Source of the DNA: the human T2T-CHM13v2.0 reference genome, Homo sapiens | Assembly (NCBI RefSeq): GCF_009914755.1 | Contig: NC_060933.1 | Strand: one strand, 5' to 3' | DNA length: 64,000 nucleotides | Shown: positions 13,488 through 25,230 of the stretch, one piece after another | Position numbering within the stretch: the stretch's first letter is position 1 | How the letters are laid out: every line of letters begins with the position of its first letter | The notes under the pieces: generated by a model | Databases searched by the model: none | The model's input: only the letters and a program-made list of their open reading frames with translations | Told to the model about the DNA's origin: nothing | Position numbers and translations under genes: made by a program

Positions 13488-14072
13488 CTTATTTTTTAAT
13501 TTTAATTGACACATAATAGTTGTATGTATTTATGGGATACAATGTGATGTTTCATTACATGTATATATTGTGTAATGATCAAATCAGGGTAATTAGCATA
13601 ACCATTACAACTTCATTACTTCTTTGTGGTGGGAACATTCACAATGCCTCTCTTCTAGCTATTTGGAGATATACAAGAACTTATTGTTAGCTACAGTTAC
13701 CCTACTGTGCAGCAGACACCAGAGCTTATTCTTCCTTTTAACTGTATCTTTGTACCCGTTAACCAACATCTCCCCATCCTCCTCTCCCCGCTAGCCTTCC
13801 TGTCCTCTGGTAACCACAATTCTACTCTCCACTTCTATGAGCTCTTTAACTCCCACATATAAGTGAGATCATGCAGTATTTCCCTTTCTGTGCCTGGCTT
13901 ATTTTGCTTTATATAACATCCTCCAGGCTCATCCATGTTGCTGCAAATGACAGGATCTCATTCTTTTTTCATGACTGAATAGCATCCCATTGTGGATATG
14001 CACCATGTTTTCTCTATCCTATGTGTCCTTGATGGACACAGGTTGATTTCATCTCTTGGCTATTGTAAATAG
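13488..14072 (-). mobile_element. L1MA (MA7/8-like) 3' end, 5'-truncated
   Basis: Typical 3'UTR; 17-bp TSD ttaagc(c/t)agcattttta at 13464-13480 and 14073-14089. Confidence 0.92.
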
Positions 14073-14614
14073 TTAAGCTAGCATTTTTAGCAGAACATTT
14101 GGAAATAGTCTTTCAGGTTTATCTTATCTTTTAAAAGTTTTGGTGTATGTTTTGTAATGTGTATAATACATACAGTAGTTATGTGTATATAATAAATTTG
14201 CATAGATATATGTATATTGACTTTTTACAATTAACAGTGATGTAGTTCAGAAAATGAGATGCCCTGTTTGGGTGACTATTCTGTCTCAGGTGTTAGGTTG
14301 AATGACCAGGTGGATAACTGTCTAATTTCTTGCTGGTCCACAGAGACAACTGCCCTTTATCACCTCCTCCAGAGCACAGGTTGAGGGCAGCTACAGTCAC
14401 ATAGTGCTTGAGAAGCAGCCGGTGAGGCCATTCCTGTATCACTGGCCCTGAAAGCCAGCTCTATGCACTTTTCTGTGCCGAACAGATTGTCCTGGAGAGT
14501 TAGCTTTTTGTCTACTAATCTCTATGCTTGGAGGTCTTTGTGGAATGGAAGTTTTCTCATTAGCAGGCAACACAATGAAAAACTTCCAATAACTGCTCTT
14601 AAAGACTTTATCTG

Positions 14615-15386
14615 GGCCGGGCACAGTGGCTCATGCCTGTAATCCCAGCACTTTGGGAGGCTGAGGCAGGCAGATCACCTGAGGTCAGGAGTTCAAGACC
14701 AGCATAGCCAATATGCTTGCCGGGTCTGTCCCACAGACCCTGGCCAATCGACGGATGAACGGGGTACTCAGACACAGGTATGCAGTGGAAGAGCAGCTAG
14801 GGGACTTCCAGGCTCTAGTGGCCAAAGTACAGCATCCTCGAGAAGCTGGAGCTGCTTGCTTTTATTGAGTGCAGGCACAATGCTAAAAGCCTGAAGCAAT
14901 ACACAATCTGTGGGTAATTAACATTTATTGTTCCCCTTTCAGGGAACTTATGGAACTTATGGCGGATGATCACAGGTCAGCTCCTGGCCAACATAAGTAA
15001 ACAAGCCTGTTTAAGATAAATTTCCCTACAATCCCTTGTACCTACTCCTTGCCCTCTGCCTCAGGGTTAGAGAACAGCTGTCTTCAGCTATTCTCCCCCG
15101 AAACTATGCAGAGCCTTCTGACCTTTCAGAAGGCCTGCTCCTTTCCCTATAGTTTCTCCCACCACTCTGACCAACCTCCTAAACATGATGAAACCCCGTC
15201 TCTAAAAAAATACAAAAAATTAGCTGGGCTTGATGGCAGGTGCCTGTAATCCCAGCTACTCAGGAGGCTAAGACAGGAGAATGGCTTGAACCCAGGAGCA
15301 GAGGTTGCAGTGAGCTGAGATCGCACCATTGCACTCCAGCCTGGGTGACTGAGCAAGACTCCATCTCAAAAAAAAAAAAAAAAAAA
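14615..15386 (+). mobile_element. AluSx split by LTR3 (pieces 14615-14717 and 15184-15386)
   Basis: Left monomer stops at ccaatatgct and resumes at catgatgaaacccc; Alu TSD aaa(g/c)actttatc. Confidence 0.92.
14718..15183 (-). mobile_element. LTR3-family solo LTR (HERV-K HML-6)
   Basis: Matches LTR3 as recalled (ggtcagagtggtgggagaaactatagggaaaggagcaggccttctgaaaggtcagaaggc ... gacagacccggca); degenerate 6-bp TSD tatgct/catgat. Confidence 0.85.
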
Positions 15387-16039
15387 CACCAAAGGAAAAA
15401 ACACTTTATCCTGCCAGGAATAGAACTGAACCAGGAATCCATGAAACAAGAAAAGCAACTCTGGGGGCCCCTGGGTGAATCTCTGCTCCTAGCTGGGTGC
15501 CATCCTTCCCTCATGGGTCCAGGAAGCTTCTACTGTCAGGGCCTGAAAGACAAAAAGGGGTGCACACAGAGCCAGGGGTTCAATCCCATTTATCTCTGGG
15601 GTCATGCTTTCTGCTGGACATGGTGGGCTTAGGTGTGTGAACATGCTTGGACCAGACTTGAGTCAGAAGAAGAATCATCCTCCAATTTAGCTATGAGAAC
15701 AGCACTGTTCCTGAGTGGTGAGAGTCAGCCTGCATCCCTCTGGGGCCTGGAGTCCTTGCAGGGATCGTGAACTGCTTCCATGGTCCCCACTTGGAGTACA
15801 GCAGGACCTGGTGCCCAGAAGGGGTGGCCATTCATGTGGCAGGCTCACAGCCTCTCTGCTAAGCACCATCTCTCCCAGAGCCGGCAGATTTTCCACGGTG
15901 GTGCAGATGGCCTGAAAATGGCCAGGATTTGGGGCCTCCACATCTCCATGGCTCAGCCCCAGCCAGCAACCAGCATGGGCATCCTAGCCTATGAGTGGCC
16001 ACCTGCTTTCCGTGTGATGAGAGCACACATCAGTTGCAA

Positions 16040-16172
16040 CAGGGTTGCCAGGCTTAGCCAACAAAAATATTCTCCTATGCAATATTGGGGATATAGTTAT
16101 ACTAAAGTTTATTTGCTGTTTATCTGAAATGCAAATTTAACTAGGCTGTCCGTATTTTATTCAACAACACTA
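16040..16172. mobile_element. MER53 (hAT MITE), internally deleted
   Basis: agggttgcca.. terminus; gtttatctgaaat.caaatttaact. Confidence 0.8.
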
Positions 16173-16179
16173 ATGACAA

Positions 16180-16300
16180 GGGCTTTGAATCTGAGTTCTG
16201 CTATCTAGTGACCTGAGAGCTGCCTGAGCTCTCTGAGACTTAGTTTTGTAGTCTGCAGAATGGGAAGGACAATGCCACCTCTCTGAGCTATCCATGTGGC
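16180..16300 (+). mobile_element. MIR fragment
   Basis: MIR core-like ctctctgagacttagtttt...ctgcagaatggg. Confidence 0.6.
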
Positions 16301-16737
16301 AATATGCAAGATGGGAGAGAATCTTCCAGCTGAGTGGCTGGGGTCTTGGCCCACCTGCCTCTTGTGTTGTGCAGGGGAATGCAGCTGCCCAGCTCCATGT
16401 GCAAGGAGAACTCCAGTGGAACAAGGATGGCTTGTAATGATGCTAGTGACAAAGGTTGCCATTTATAATTGGAATTCCTGACCAAGGTTTCTGTTCAGCA
16501 CACAACAGCCCCTTCATAAGTGCTGGGTGCAGTCCACACTCTGTCATTGCCACCGTCGGCTCTCTGGCTTGAAAGGCTCTGGGAGTGCCAGTGAGTCAAT
16601 AGTTCCTGTTTGATGAGAGCTGCTTTATCACTTCCAGGTAGCCCTGTCCCTCACCATACTGCATAGGGATGGAGTCACCCTGGTGTTGGGCGGACTATGG
16701 CTCCAGGCCCAGCAGTTCACAATGATGGCATGAAGGC

Positions 16738-17278
16738 TGTGATGGTTAAAAGGGGTCAATTTGACTGGATTGAGGGATGCCTGGATGGCTGGTGAAGCAG
16801 TTTCTGGGTGTGTCTGTGAGTCAGAGGACTGAGAGGAAGACCCCCTCTCAATGTGGACGGGCGCCCTTCTGTCAGCTGGGGGTGAACAGGTGGACAAGGC
16901 AGGTGGAAGGAGGATGGATATCCAGCACTCTCCCTCTCTCTCTCTCTCTCTCTCCCTCTTCTTGAGCAGGAGGCTTTTTCTCTTCCTGTCCTTGGACATC
17001 AGACTCCAGGTTCTTTGGCCTTTGGACTCTGGGATTTGCATCAGCAGCCTCCTGGTTGCTCTCAGACCTTTGACCTAGGACTGGGGGCTGCACTGTTGGC
17101 TTCCCTGGTTTTGAGCCCTTCAGACTTGGACTGACTTTTTTCATAACCCAGCCTGCAGATGGCCCAGCGTGGGACTTGGCCTTTGTAACTGTGTGAGCCA
17201 ATTCTCCCTAATAAACTCCCATATATATATATACATATATCCTATTGATTCTGTCCCTCCAGAACCCCAACTAATACA
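16738..17278 (+). mobile_element. ERVL solo LTR (MLT2A/B-like)
   Basis: tgtgatggttaa ... aataaactcc(at)n ... ctaataca; TSD aaggc/aagcc. Confidence 0.92.
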
Positions 17279-18625
17279 AAGCCTTTCTTGTAGTCTCTCA
17301 GGCATGCTCCTCACTCCTGACATAGGGACATTATCTAGTCTTCACCCCTAGGGAAACTCACCCACAGCTTCACAGCAGGAGGGCACGCTGCTTCCCACGA
17401 GGCTGGTGGACTCCAGCATAGGCATCCTCAGCCCTGCACCAAGTCCTCAGCCTGAACAGACATAGGAGACAGCGCTGCACATCAGGAGGCTGGGGGTGCA
17501 TCCTGGGAGATGCCTTCGGGCCAACTTCCCTGGAACTTTCCAGTTGCCATGGTGACAGTCAAAATCGTGGTGATATTTCAGGTGGTTGGCAAGACACGGA
17601 GTCTGGGACAGCATGCTGCAGGCTGATGTCCCTCTGATTCAGTGTCTGTGGCTCTGTGCTGGGAAGGATGGGCTTGAGGAGAGGGTCAAGCAGGGCTGGA
17701 GAGGATTCTCCTGGGCCAAGCAGATAGCTTTGCCCGGAGCTGTGCCAGTCAAACCTGGCATCTCTCCTGGAGTGTGTAATGCGGTGGCAGTTTGTGACAT
17801 TAGGGAGGAGGTTGATTGATTATGGTTTGTAACAGGTCATCCAGGAACAGCAGCCATTGTTTTAATGAAAAATCCACATGGCTGATGATGGAGAGGAATG
17901 TAAATTGCCTTGGAGGACAGCGTGGGCCTTGGGAGTGACCCAGTCCAGTGAGATTCTTACCAGCTGCCATGTGACCCCCTGTGCACTGTGCGTTCATTGC
18001 TGCTTGTCAGAAATGCCTTCTACCAGTTAACTGGGTCCTATTTTTGATGTGATAGCTAGATTGGTCTCTGTTTTTTAGCTCTCTTCTCGAATGGTTTTCA
18101 GAACTCAATTTCCTTTTCTTGCCTAATTTTCATCAGGTGATGGTCTTATGATTAATAAAGTAATGTTTATCCATTGTAGTTTAATAATTTTAAAAATAAT
18201 ATTTGTCAGTTAGAAAATAAGAAACTCATAGAGGAATAATCAGAATCACTCATGATTTCCATCCAGGGGTCGAATGCCAGACCCCAGATCTTGCCCCCAC
18301 TCCACCCTCCACTGCCAGGATACTAAAAGCTGCGTTTCCTGCTCATGTGGGAAGGGGGGCCCAGAGTATGTGGGGTGGGGGCAGCAAGGGCAGAGTCCAT
18401 GAGGGCCTTATGTCTGATTTGAGGTGGGGCTTAGCGAGGACGGGGTCACTGTCTGGGCTGATGGGGCAGCCAGGTGAAGAGTTGAGGTGAGGGATGCGCA
18501 GCCTCCCAGGGGCCAGCCGTCTGTGGAGGTTTTCCATGGAAGGATTGATGGCTCTTTCGGGAATCTCCTGTTGTAAATAATTAAGCTGCTTGCTTGCACC
18601 AGAGTCTGCGGAAGGAGCTGAGATG

Positions 18626-18643
18626 CTGACAGCAGGGGGCGGA
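18626..18643 (+). promoter_or_regulatory. Candidate CTCF site
   Basis: ctgACAGCAGGGGGCGga, one mismatch to CCASYAGRKGGCR. Confidence 0.4.
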
Positions 18644-18897
18644 GAGCCAGTCCTGCCTGCAGATGAGGGTGTGGGGGTGTCTGTGTTGTGGGGGCTGGAT
18701 GGCTCCGGCTCACACAGGACATATATGAACACATGGTAACCTAATAACTTTGCATGCGTTAGCTCAGGTCATAATTTATGACAGCTGAAATGGACAGCAC
18801 TAAAAAGGACATGGGAGATGGAAAAACCATTGCCTTTTGCGCACCACACTCCTGCTCACACAGTTCTAGGGTGTACACACATACCTGCGCATGGAAA

Positions 18898-19322
18898 GCT
18901 GTGTGTGAGACTGTGAGTACATGTATGTAGGGCTGTGTGTATGTGTGTAGGGCTGTGTGTGTATGTGTAGGGCTGTGTGTGTGCGTGTGTAGGGCTGTGT
19001 GTGTGTGTGTAGGGCTGTGTGTGTAGGGCTGTGTGTGTGTATGTGTGTAGGGCTGTGTGTGTGTATGTGTGTAGGGCTCTGTGTGTGTGTGTAGGCGTGT
19101 GTGTGTAGGGCTGCGTGTGTGTGTAGGACTGTGTGTGTATGTGTGTAGGGTGGTGTGTGTGTGTATAGAACTCTGTGTGTGTGTATGTGTATAGGCCTGT
19201 GTGTGTGTAGGGCTGTGTGTGTGTGCATGTGTGTAGAGCTGTAGGTTTGGTGTGTGTTTAGGGCTGTGTGTGTACAAGTGTATAAGGCTGTGTGTGTGTG
19301 TGTGTAGGACCCTGTGTGTGTC
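18898..19322. repeat. GT-rich compound minisatellite, unit about AGGGCT(GT)n, about 20 units
   Basis: Recurring agggct anchors separated by variable (GT)n/(AT) runs; source of the HT-rich pseudo-ORFs. Confidence 0.95.
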
Positions 19323-20279
19323 TGAGTTTTATTGGGGTTGTGGGTGTAAATAAGTGCAGAATATTTAATCAAGGCAATGAGTTCTAATTTCCTTTTTAGA
19401 TGAAAAATTGCAGTCTTTACCTTGTCAGGCAAGTGGAAATGTGATAAATGTCCCAGTTTCCGCACAACTGTTGTTCTGTTGACAGCTGTCAAGTTCCACC
19501 TGGCACACTTGGGGCTGCGCTGGCATTCTGGCCTTGCCTCACCTTGCCCTCAGGTATAGGATGTGCTCATGGTGCCCCATGGCAGCGAGACCTTGCCCTG
19601 CTTCACACCCTCTGAGCCCCCAGGGACCCCTGGTTGTCTCAGCTCTATGGACACCCACACCTGCCAGGGGGGTCACAAATGGCCAGCAGGTGAGGAGAGG
19701 CACCAATTGTCCTTCAGCCACCAGGAAGGAAAGTCCTTGAAGGAGGGCACCACCTCCAGGGGCTGAGGATGTCATAAAGTGATTGACTTTAAAGAACCCA
19801 AAGACAAGTGCAGGGTCCTGAGGAGGTCTGAGGTCCCAAGTGGGGCCAAGAGGAAGGGGGAGAGGGTGGGAGATAGCAGGTCTGGGAGATATCCTTGGGA
19901 CCCCATGAAGCAGGCCTGACGAGCGTGCAGGAAGGAGAGTGCTCTCAGTTGTGGAGGAATCCATATACAATTTCCAGGACATTATTATTTATCCCATTTG
20001 GTGTTACAATTTCAGAAGAAGGAATTAAAAAATCACAAGCAAAATAAAACAAACTACTCAATCATCTGAGTAAAGTTCTGAGTGCACAGTGTGATTTCAT
20101 CAGATAGAAGGTGATTTTGAAAGATGGGTCTCAGAGTGAACAAACAGGAAAAGAAAAGGGGATCCCGGCACTGGTGTGAGCTAAGTTGCTTGGGTGCATC
20201 CGTAGCAAATGGATTTAAAATACAGGCATTTAACGTAACACTGGAGAGTAAGACGTAATGGCATCCAAAGCTATCCATG

Positions 20280-20580
20280 GCATAATATTACATGAAAATA
20301 TGGAAGTTGGAGCACACATCACCCCTCACATATGTAGGTGTGTCTATGTGCAGAGAAAAGGCAGGAAGGAAGTGGACAAACTTGCTAGAAACGGTTAGAT
20401 GTGGGAGGTGAGAACACAAAGTGGTCTCCTTTTTTTCCTCTCTCTTCTTTCTCTTTTGTTTTTGCTTCTCTGTGTTTGCCTTTTACTTTTTTTTTCTTAC
20501 AATGAATATATATATATGTAAAACCACACATATATACATATGTGTATATGCATGTTTTAAATAAGGAAAGCAATATAAGA
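20280..20580 (+). mobile_element. Degenerate L1ME 3' terminus
   Basis: gcagagaaaaggcaggaagga..caaact..ggtt..tgggaggt resembles the L1ME 3' end. Confidence 0.45.
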
Positions 20581-21865
20581 AAAGACGTTTGGGAAATGTC
20601 TACTGTATATTGACTTATGCATGGTCCAGGACCTTATTAGTTACCTTATCTGATGTGTTCAACAGTTCTCTGAAAACTGGTAACTGTTCTTATCAGTGTG
20701 TAGGCTGAGGCTCACTGGCTTGAGCTGTCTGTCCCCAGGCAGCCAGCGTGTAGGTGGCGGGCCTCCTCTTCTGGTTGGGTTGTGTTGATTTCACTGCCCC
20801 TCCACCATGAAGGCAGGGTACAGCCTGGCAGCCTTTCCACCCTGACCCAGGACAGTGGGGAGAGCTCATCTCAGTTCTGTGATCATTTCTGCGCCTGATT
20901 TCCAATTAATCTGGAAGCCGAGTGCCCTGCAGGCTGTGCCTCCCCATATGGGCTTCAGAAGGCTCATGGAGTCTCCATAGAGAACATCAGCAAGTGACCA
21001 GCGAGACCTTTGATGCAGGAAGGTGATGCTGATGGCCGCTGGGCCTTTGCTTTGGCTCAGTGTGCCTGCTGGAAGGGCGTCTGGGGACTGTTCCCAGTGA
21101 GGTGCCCAACCAGGAGAAAGCTCTTTAGAGTTGCTGCTATGTCAAGGGCAGGACAGGCCTTTGCAGAGTGCTGAGCCATAATCCAGGCGCTCCCTTGGCT
21201 TCCTGTCTTCAGAGCCCAGGAGAAGCCCGGGTAGTTTTGTTGTAAATAAGTGACATTTGATCAAGACCAGAAAGACACATGTCGTTGGGTTATGCCTGGC
21301 AACCAGATTCCTCCAGGCTGTTACTCAGGGCCGGCTGTTCTTTATTATGGGATTTATCATGTTGAGGGGGAAGAAAATGCAATTCCTGCTCTTCTGAAAG
21401 CACACAATGTGTTTCCATGCCCTGATGTCATTTATAATCTATGGCAGGAAAAATAACTTGGGCATACCTTTTTACTTGGTTCCTAACATTGCAGTGGCTC
21501 ATGACCAAGATGGAAACTGGCTCTCAACCCTCGTGCTCAGAGCGTTCCACATGGACACCTGTTTTTGTCCTTGAACTATGAATTTCATAGTTAGTAGTGG
21601 CGTCTCAGAGCCCTCTGGGAGTGGTCATTAACAGGGATGGGCCATTTGGAACCAAATGAGACTATCTTGCTAAATTCAGCCAACATCAAGCACCAAGATG
21701 CACAGGACCTTGTGCAGGTAGCTGCAGGGACCTGACAGGAGCAGCCCCTCGCCTACAGCCATTGCGAGCCCAAGGGAGCTGGGACTCCTCAAGTAACCAG
21801 GAGCTGCCAGTTTGGGCCCAGGTTGGTTGCTGCTGTTATCTTGTGCCTGAGGGCCTTGCCTTCTC

Positions 21866-21958
21866 CTAGACGTGAAGCTCTTCGGAGGCAGAGGTCTTAG
21901 ATTTTCCTGTCTCATCCCACAAGACACTTTCCTGAGTGTAGTAGGTGTGCAAAAACAC
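21866..21958 (+). mobile_element. L2 3' end fragment
   Basis: ctaga..tgaagctc..gaggcaga...tagtaggtg. Confidence 0.55.
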
Positions 21959-22341
21959 CCTCAGCATCCCCACTCCCTGTACACACTGCTCCTTTTAAAG
22001 CAATCCCTGCTCCACGGCCCTGTGAGCCTGTTTGTTGGGCCCAGCCTGCAGGCACAGTGAGTCTGGTCTCTCCTGGCTAGTATTATTACACAGCATTGAT
22101 GTAACACTGAGTGTCTGGCAGTAGCCTCCTGAGGAGTAGATTGACCTATAAAATAAGGGAAAACTGTCCTGAGACCCACCGGCAAGCCTGCAGCACTGCC
22201 TTCCTCATCCCTGGGGTAATGGGCTTTGCAGGCAGAGCTGAGCCTTGATCTCCTTTCCAGTCTCTTGGCAAATTCTGGAGCAATTGTCATTTCCAGTTCT
22301 TGGATCCTTAAATGGCAATGATGCTATATTTGCCGCAAGGA

Positions 22342-22542
22342 GGGCCCAGATGCATGCATGGGCCTATGTCTAGGTGCATACATGGGCCTGTGTTCAGGTG
22401 CATACGTGGGGCCTGTGTCCAGACACATATGTGGGCCTATGTCCAGGTGCGTACATAGGCCTGTGTCCAGATGCACACATGGACCTCTGTCCAGATGCAT
22501 AGGTGGGCCTATGTCCAGATGCATATGTGGGCCTATGTCCAG
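22342..22542. repeat. 24-bp minisatellite, consensus GGGCCTATGTCCAGATGCATATGT, about 8 copies
   Basis: Unit starts at 22360, 22384, 22409, 22433, 22457, 22481, 22505, 22529. Confidence 0.95.
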
Positions 22543-23444
22543 CGGGGCTCCCTCTATGCAGACTCTCCCACTTAGGCTTGCTGGTCCCTTCTACACTCCA
22601 AAGGGTGAGTGTGAGGCCCCAAGAAGAGCAGGGCCCTGGTGGCAGGGAAAGCCTTAGGGGATGGGATCCTGTGGTGGGGAGCTGTGGTCAGAGATGGCTG
22701 AGTGACCGGGTGGATACTCTTTTAGGCTCCGTTCCACCAACTGGGGTGCTCCCTCGCATGCCTTTTGGGGAGCCTGAGCCTCAGTGTGTGCAGTGGGGTG
22801 ATGGGCATGGGGGCGAGGGCTTCCCTGAGCGAGCGGGGAAGGTGCAGGGACCACCCGGTGTCTGCAGGTCACCAGCAGAGGGACGGGCTCTGTAATGACA
22901 AGCCCTTTTTGTTGGCAGGGCCCTGGCTTTCTAAGGTTCTTGGTGCCTCACAGCTGCTGAGGTTGAAGTGGGGTGTCAAGTGAGGCAGATGTTTACCTGG
23001 TAATGAAAGGCAGGTGGGTGGGGCAGGGTGGCTCCTGTCCCCGTCTTGCCTGCCAACGCCAGGCAGCTGCCTGTCCTTGTCACCTACCACCTTCCTTCCC
23101 TGGCTGCCTCTCCTTGCTCTGGTGGACCACAGGGGTGGGCATTGGCATGCAGGAGCTGGTGTCGTGGGGACAGAGGCTGGTTAGACAGCGTGCAGGGGAA
23201 GAAAGATGAGAAAGTGCTGTGTTGGTCTCCAGTCCTCTTAGCTGTTGGGGTTGAGCTAAGGCCTGAGGTCACTTTGAGGGGCCTCCATTGTCCCCTCGGT
23301 GAACCAGAAAGGATGATGTCTTAGAGGGAAGGGCAGTGCCACACAGCACCCTGCCCTGCTCAGGACCTGGGTCACCAGTTTCTCTCCCTCCTCTTTGCTC
23401 TGCCGTGGTCACTGCAATACCTCACCACCACGTTGCCCCTTAGA

Positions 23445-23670
23445 GTACATGCATGGTGCAGCCAGCGTGTGTGCACATGGGCATGTGTATGTGCCTGCAT
23501 GTGCTGTGTGTCTGAGTTTGTGCATGTGTGTATGAGCACGCACACATGTGGGCCTGCGTCCATGTTTGCTCACATGTATGCATACACGTGTGTCGACATG
23601 CCTCTTCATGTATGCGTGTGTGTGTGCATGTCTGTGGGTATGTGTGCTTGCATATGTGTGCCTGTGTCTG
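23445..23670. repeat. Degenerate (TG/CATG)n alternating purine-pyrimidine tract
   Basis: Directly visible. Confidence 0.85.
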
Positions 23671-24239
23671 TTGGGGAAGAGCTTGATTCTCCTTTTTCTG
23701 TGAAAACATAAACTTCATGTCCTCAAGCCTCCCAGGAGACTGAGTTCCCAGAGTGGCCCCTTGGCTGACACGTGCATCTCTAGGTACGTCTTGCCAGGCT
23801 CCCTCATTTGAGCTCTGAAAATGAGGTTTAAAGGACGGGACCCACATAAGGGCAGTGGCAGCACCCACAGCCCCTGCAGCGTGGGTGCCTGGGAGGGTGT
23901 CCTCTGCCCCAGCCCTACCCACGAGGGCTGCTTTCCCTGGGTCTTCCCTGGGGCTGCCTGACACATAGACAGCTCTGTTCAAATGCTCCTTGGGCATCCT
24001 GCACTGCCTGAGTTGATTTACTTAGTTTTTTTTTTTAAACTAATGTTTATTTTCACCAAGGTAATGGATGCACAGAGCTGAAAAAGCCAAATAGAACCAG
24101 AGACTTGGGAGGAGAACAAGCAGGCCCTGGCCCATTCCTGCAGTTTAACTCCTCCTGAGAATGAGCCTGAAGACACTCAGGGTGGCAGAGTGTGGCCACC
24201 GAGCTTAGTGTGGCTGGTTTCTGATTCTGTCTCTGGATC

Positions 24240-25230
24240 ACAGTGTCCCTTCTGTGTCTGACTCACCTCCAACACCATGCTATGTCCATGCTGTAAGATT
24301 CACCCAGGTGCTCATGAGCATGGTCCATCCATTCTTATTGCCACATTGGATTCCATTCTGTAATATGCCATGTGCATGATATAAGTGTCACTTAAATATA
24401 TAGATATGTATAATAATATATTTATGTATTATACAACACAATGTAATGATATAGCTGTGTAATATATCATATATTCTATATAATATATAATTTATTCATG
24501 CATATATTGTACATAATTTATATACATGGTTTATATATAATTAATAATATATAATTTACCTAATATGTGATTATATTTTTGTATTTCAATATATCTTATC
24601 TATTCTACTGAGGGTGGAATTTGAATTGCTTCAGTTTGTAGCGATTATGTGCAGTTGTACTCTGAACAGCCTCGTACAAGTCTTTTACAAGAAATTTATT
24701 ATAAGGAACTGGCTTGCACAATTATGGGGGTTGATAAATCCCACAATCTGTCATCTGCAAGCTGGTGACCCAGGAAAGCTGATGGTATGGTTTGAGGGCC
24801 TGAGAGCTGATGGTTTAGATTCCAGAAGGAATTTCAGAAGATTCTGAAGGCCTGAGAACCAGGAGCACTGAGAACAGGAAAAGATTGATGTCCCAGCTCA
24901 AGCAGGCAGAGCAAATTCAACCTTCCTCCACCTTTTTGTTCCATTTGGGCTTTCAATGGATTGGATGCTGCCCACCCACACTGGGGAGGGCCACCTGCAT
25001 TCCTCAGTCCACCAATTTAAATACTCTTCCAGACACCCTCACAGACACACCTGGAAATAATGCCTGACCACATATCTGGGCACCCTGAGGTTCAGTCAAG
25101 TGGACCCATAAAAATACCCATTGCACTATCCAAATATTTTGCCCATTTTTCTATTAGCATGTCTGCCCTTTTCTTACTGACTTGCAGGAGTTCTTCACAT
25201 ATTTGAATCCATGTCCTTGCTTGGGTATAG
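24240..25230 (-). mobile_element. L1ME fragments containing an AT-rich tract (24390-24600) and an MLT2 insert
   Basis: aagattcaccca, cattcttattgc, ttttgcccatttttctatt, aggagttctt. Confidence 0.6.
24688..25125 (-). mobile_element. ERVL LTR (MLT2C/B-like), truncated
   Basis: atttattataaggaa.tggct, tctgcaagctgg, cagacaccctcacagacacacc, cagtcaagt. Confidence 0.88.

Larger units (their letters stand above)
17813..19787. promoter_or_regulatory. Candidate developmental enhancer (PBX-HOX, HOX-MEIS, TALE dimer and FOX motifs)
   Basis: TGATTGAT 17813, TGATTAAT 18149, GGATTGATGG 18542, TGTAAATA 18572/19345, TTTATGACAG 18775, TTGACAGCTGTCAA 19479, TGTCATAAA+TGATTGAC 19770-19787. Confidence 0.4.

Noticed and set aside
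13020-14250. Old hAT-like element flanking the L1MA
   Set aside because: Resemblance too weak to name or delimit without a Dfam search
15112-15134. Hairpin gccttctga-cctt-tcagaaggc (terminator-like)
   Set aside because: Part of the LTR3 sequence; intrinsic terminators are not relevant in this context
18759-19492. His/Thr-rich ORFs of 172 and 208 aa
   Set aside because: Translation of the (CA)n-rich minisatellite strand, which lacks stop codons
22342-22542. CRISPR-like periodic array
   Set aside because: Head-to-tail 24-mers without unique spacers, no cas genes, primate context
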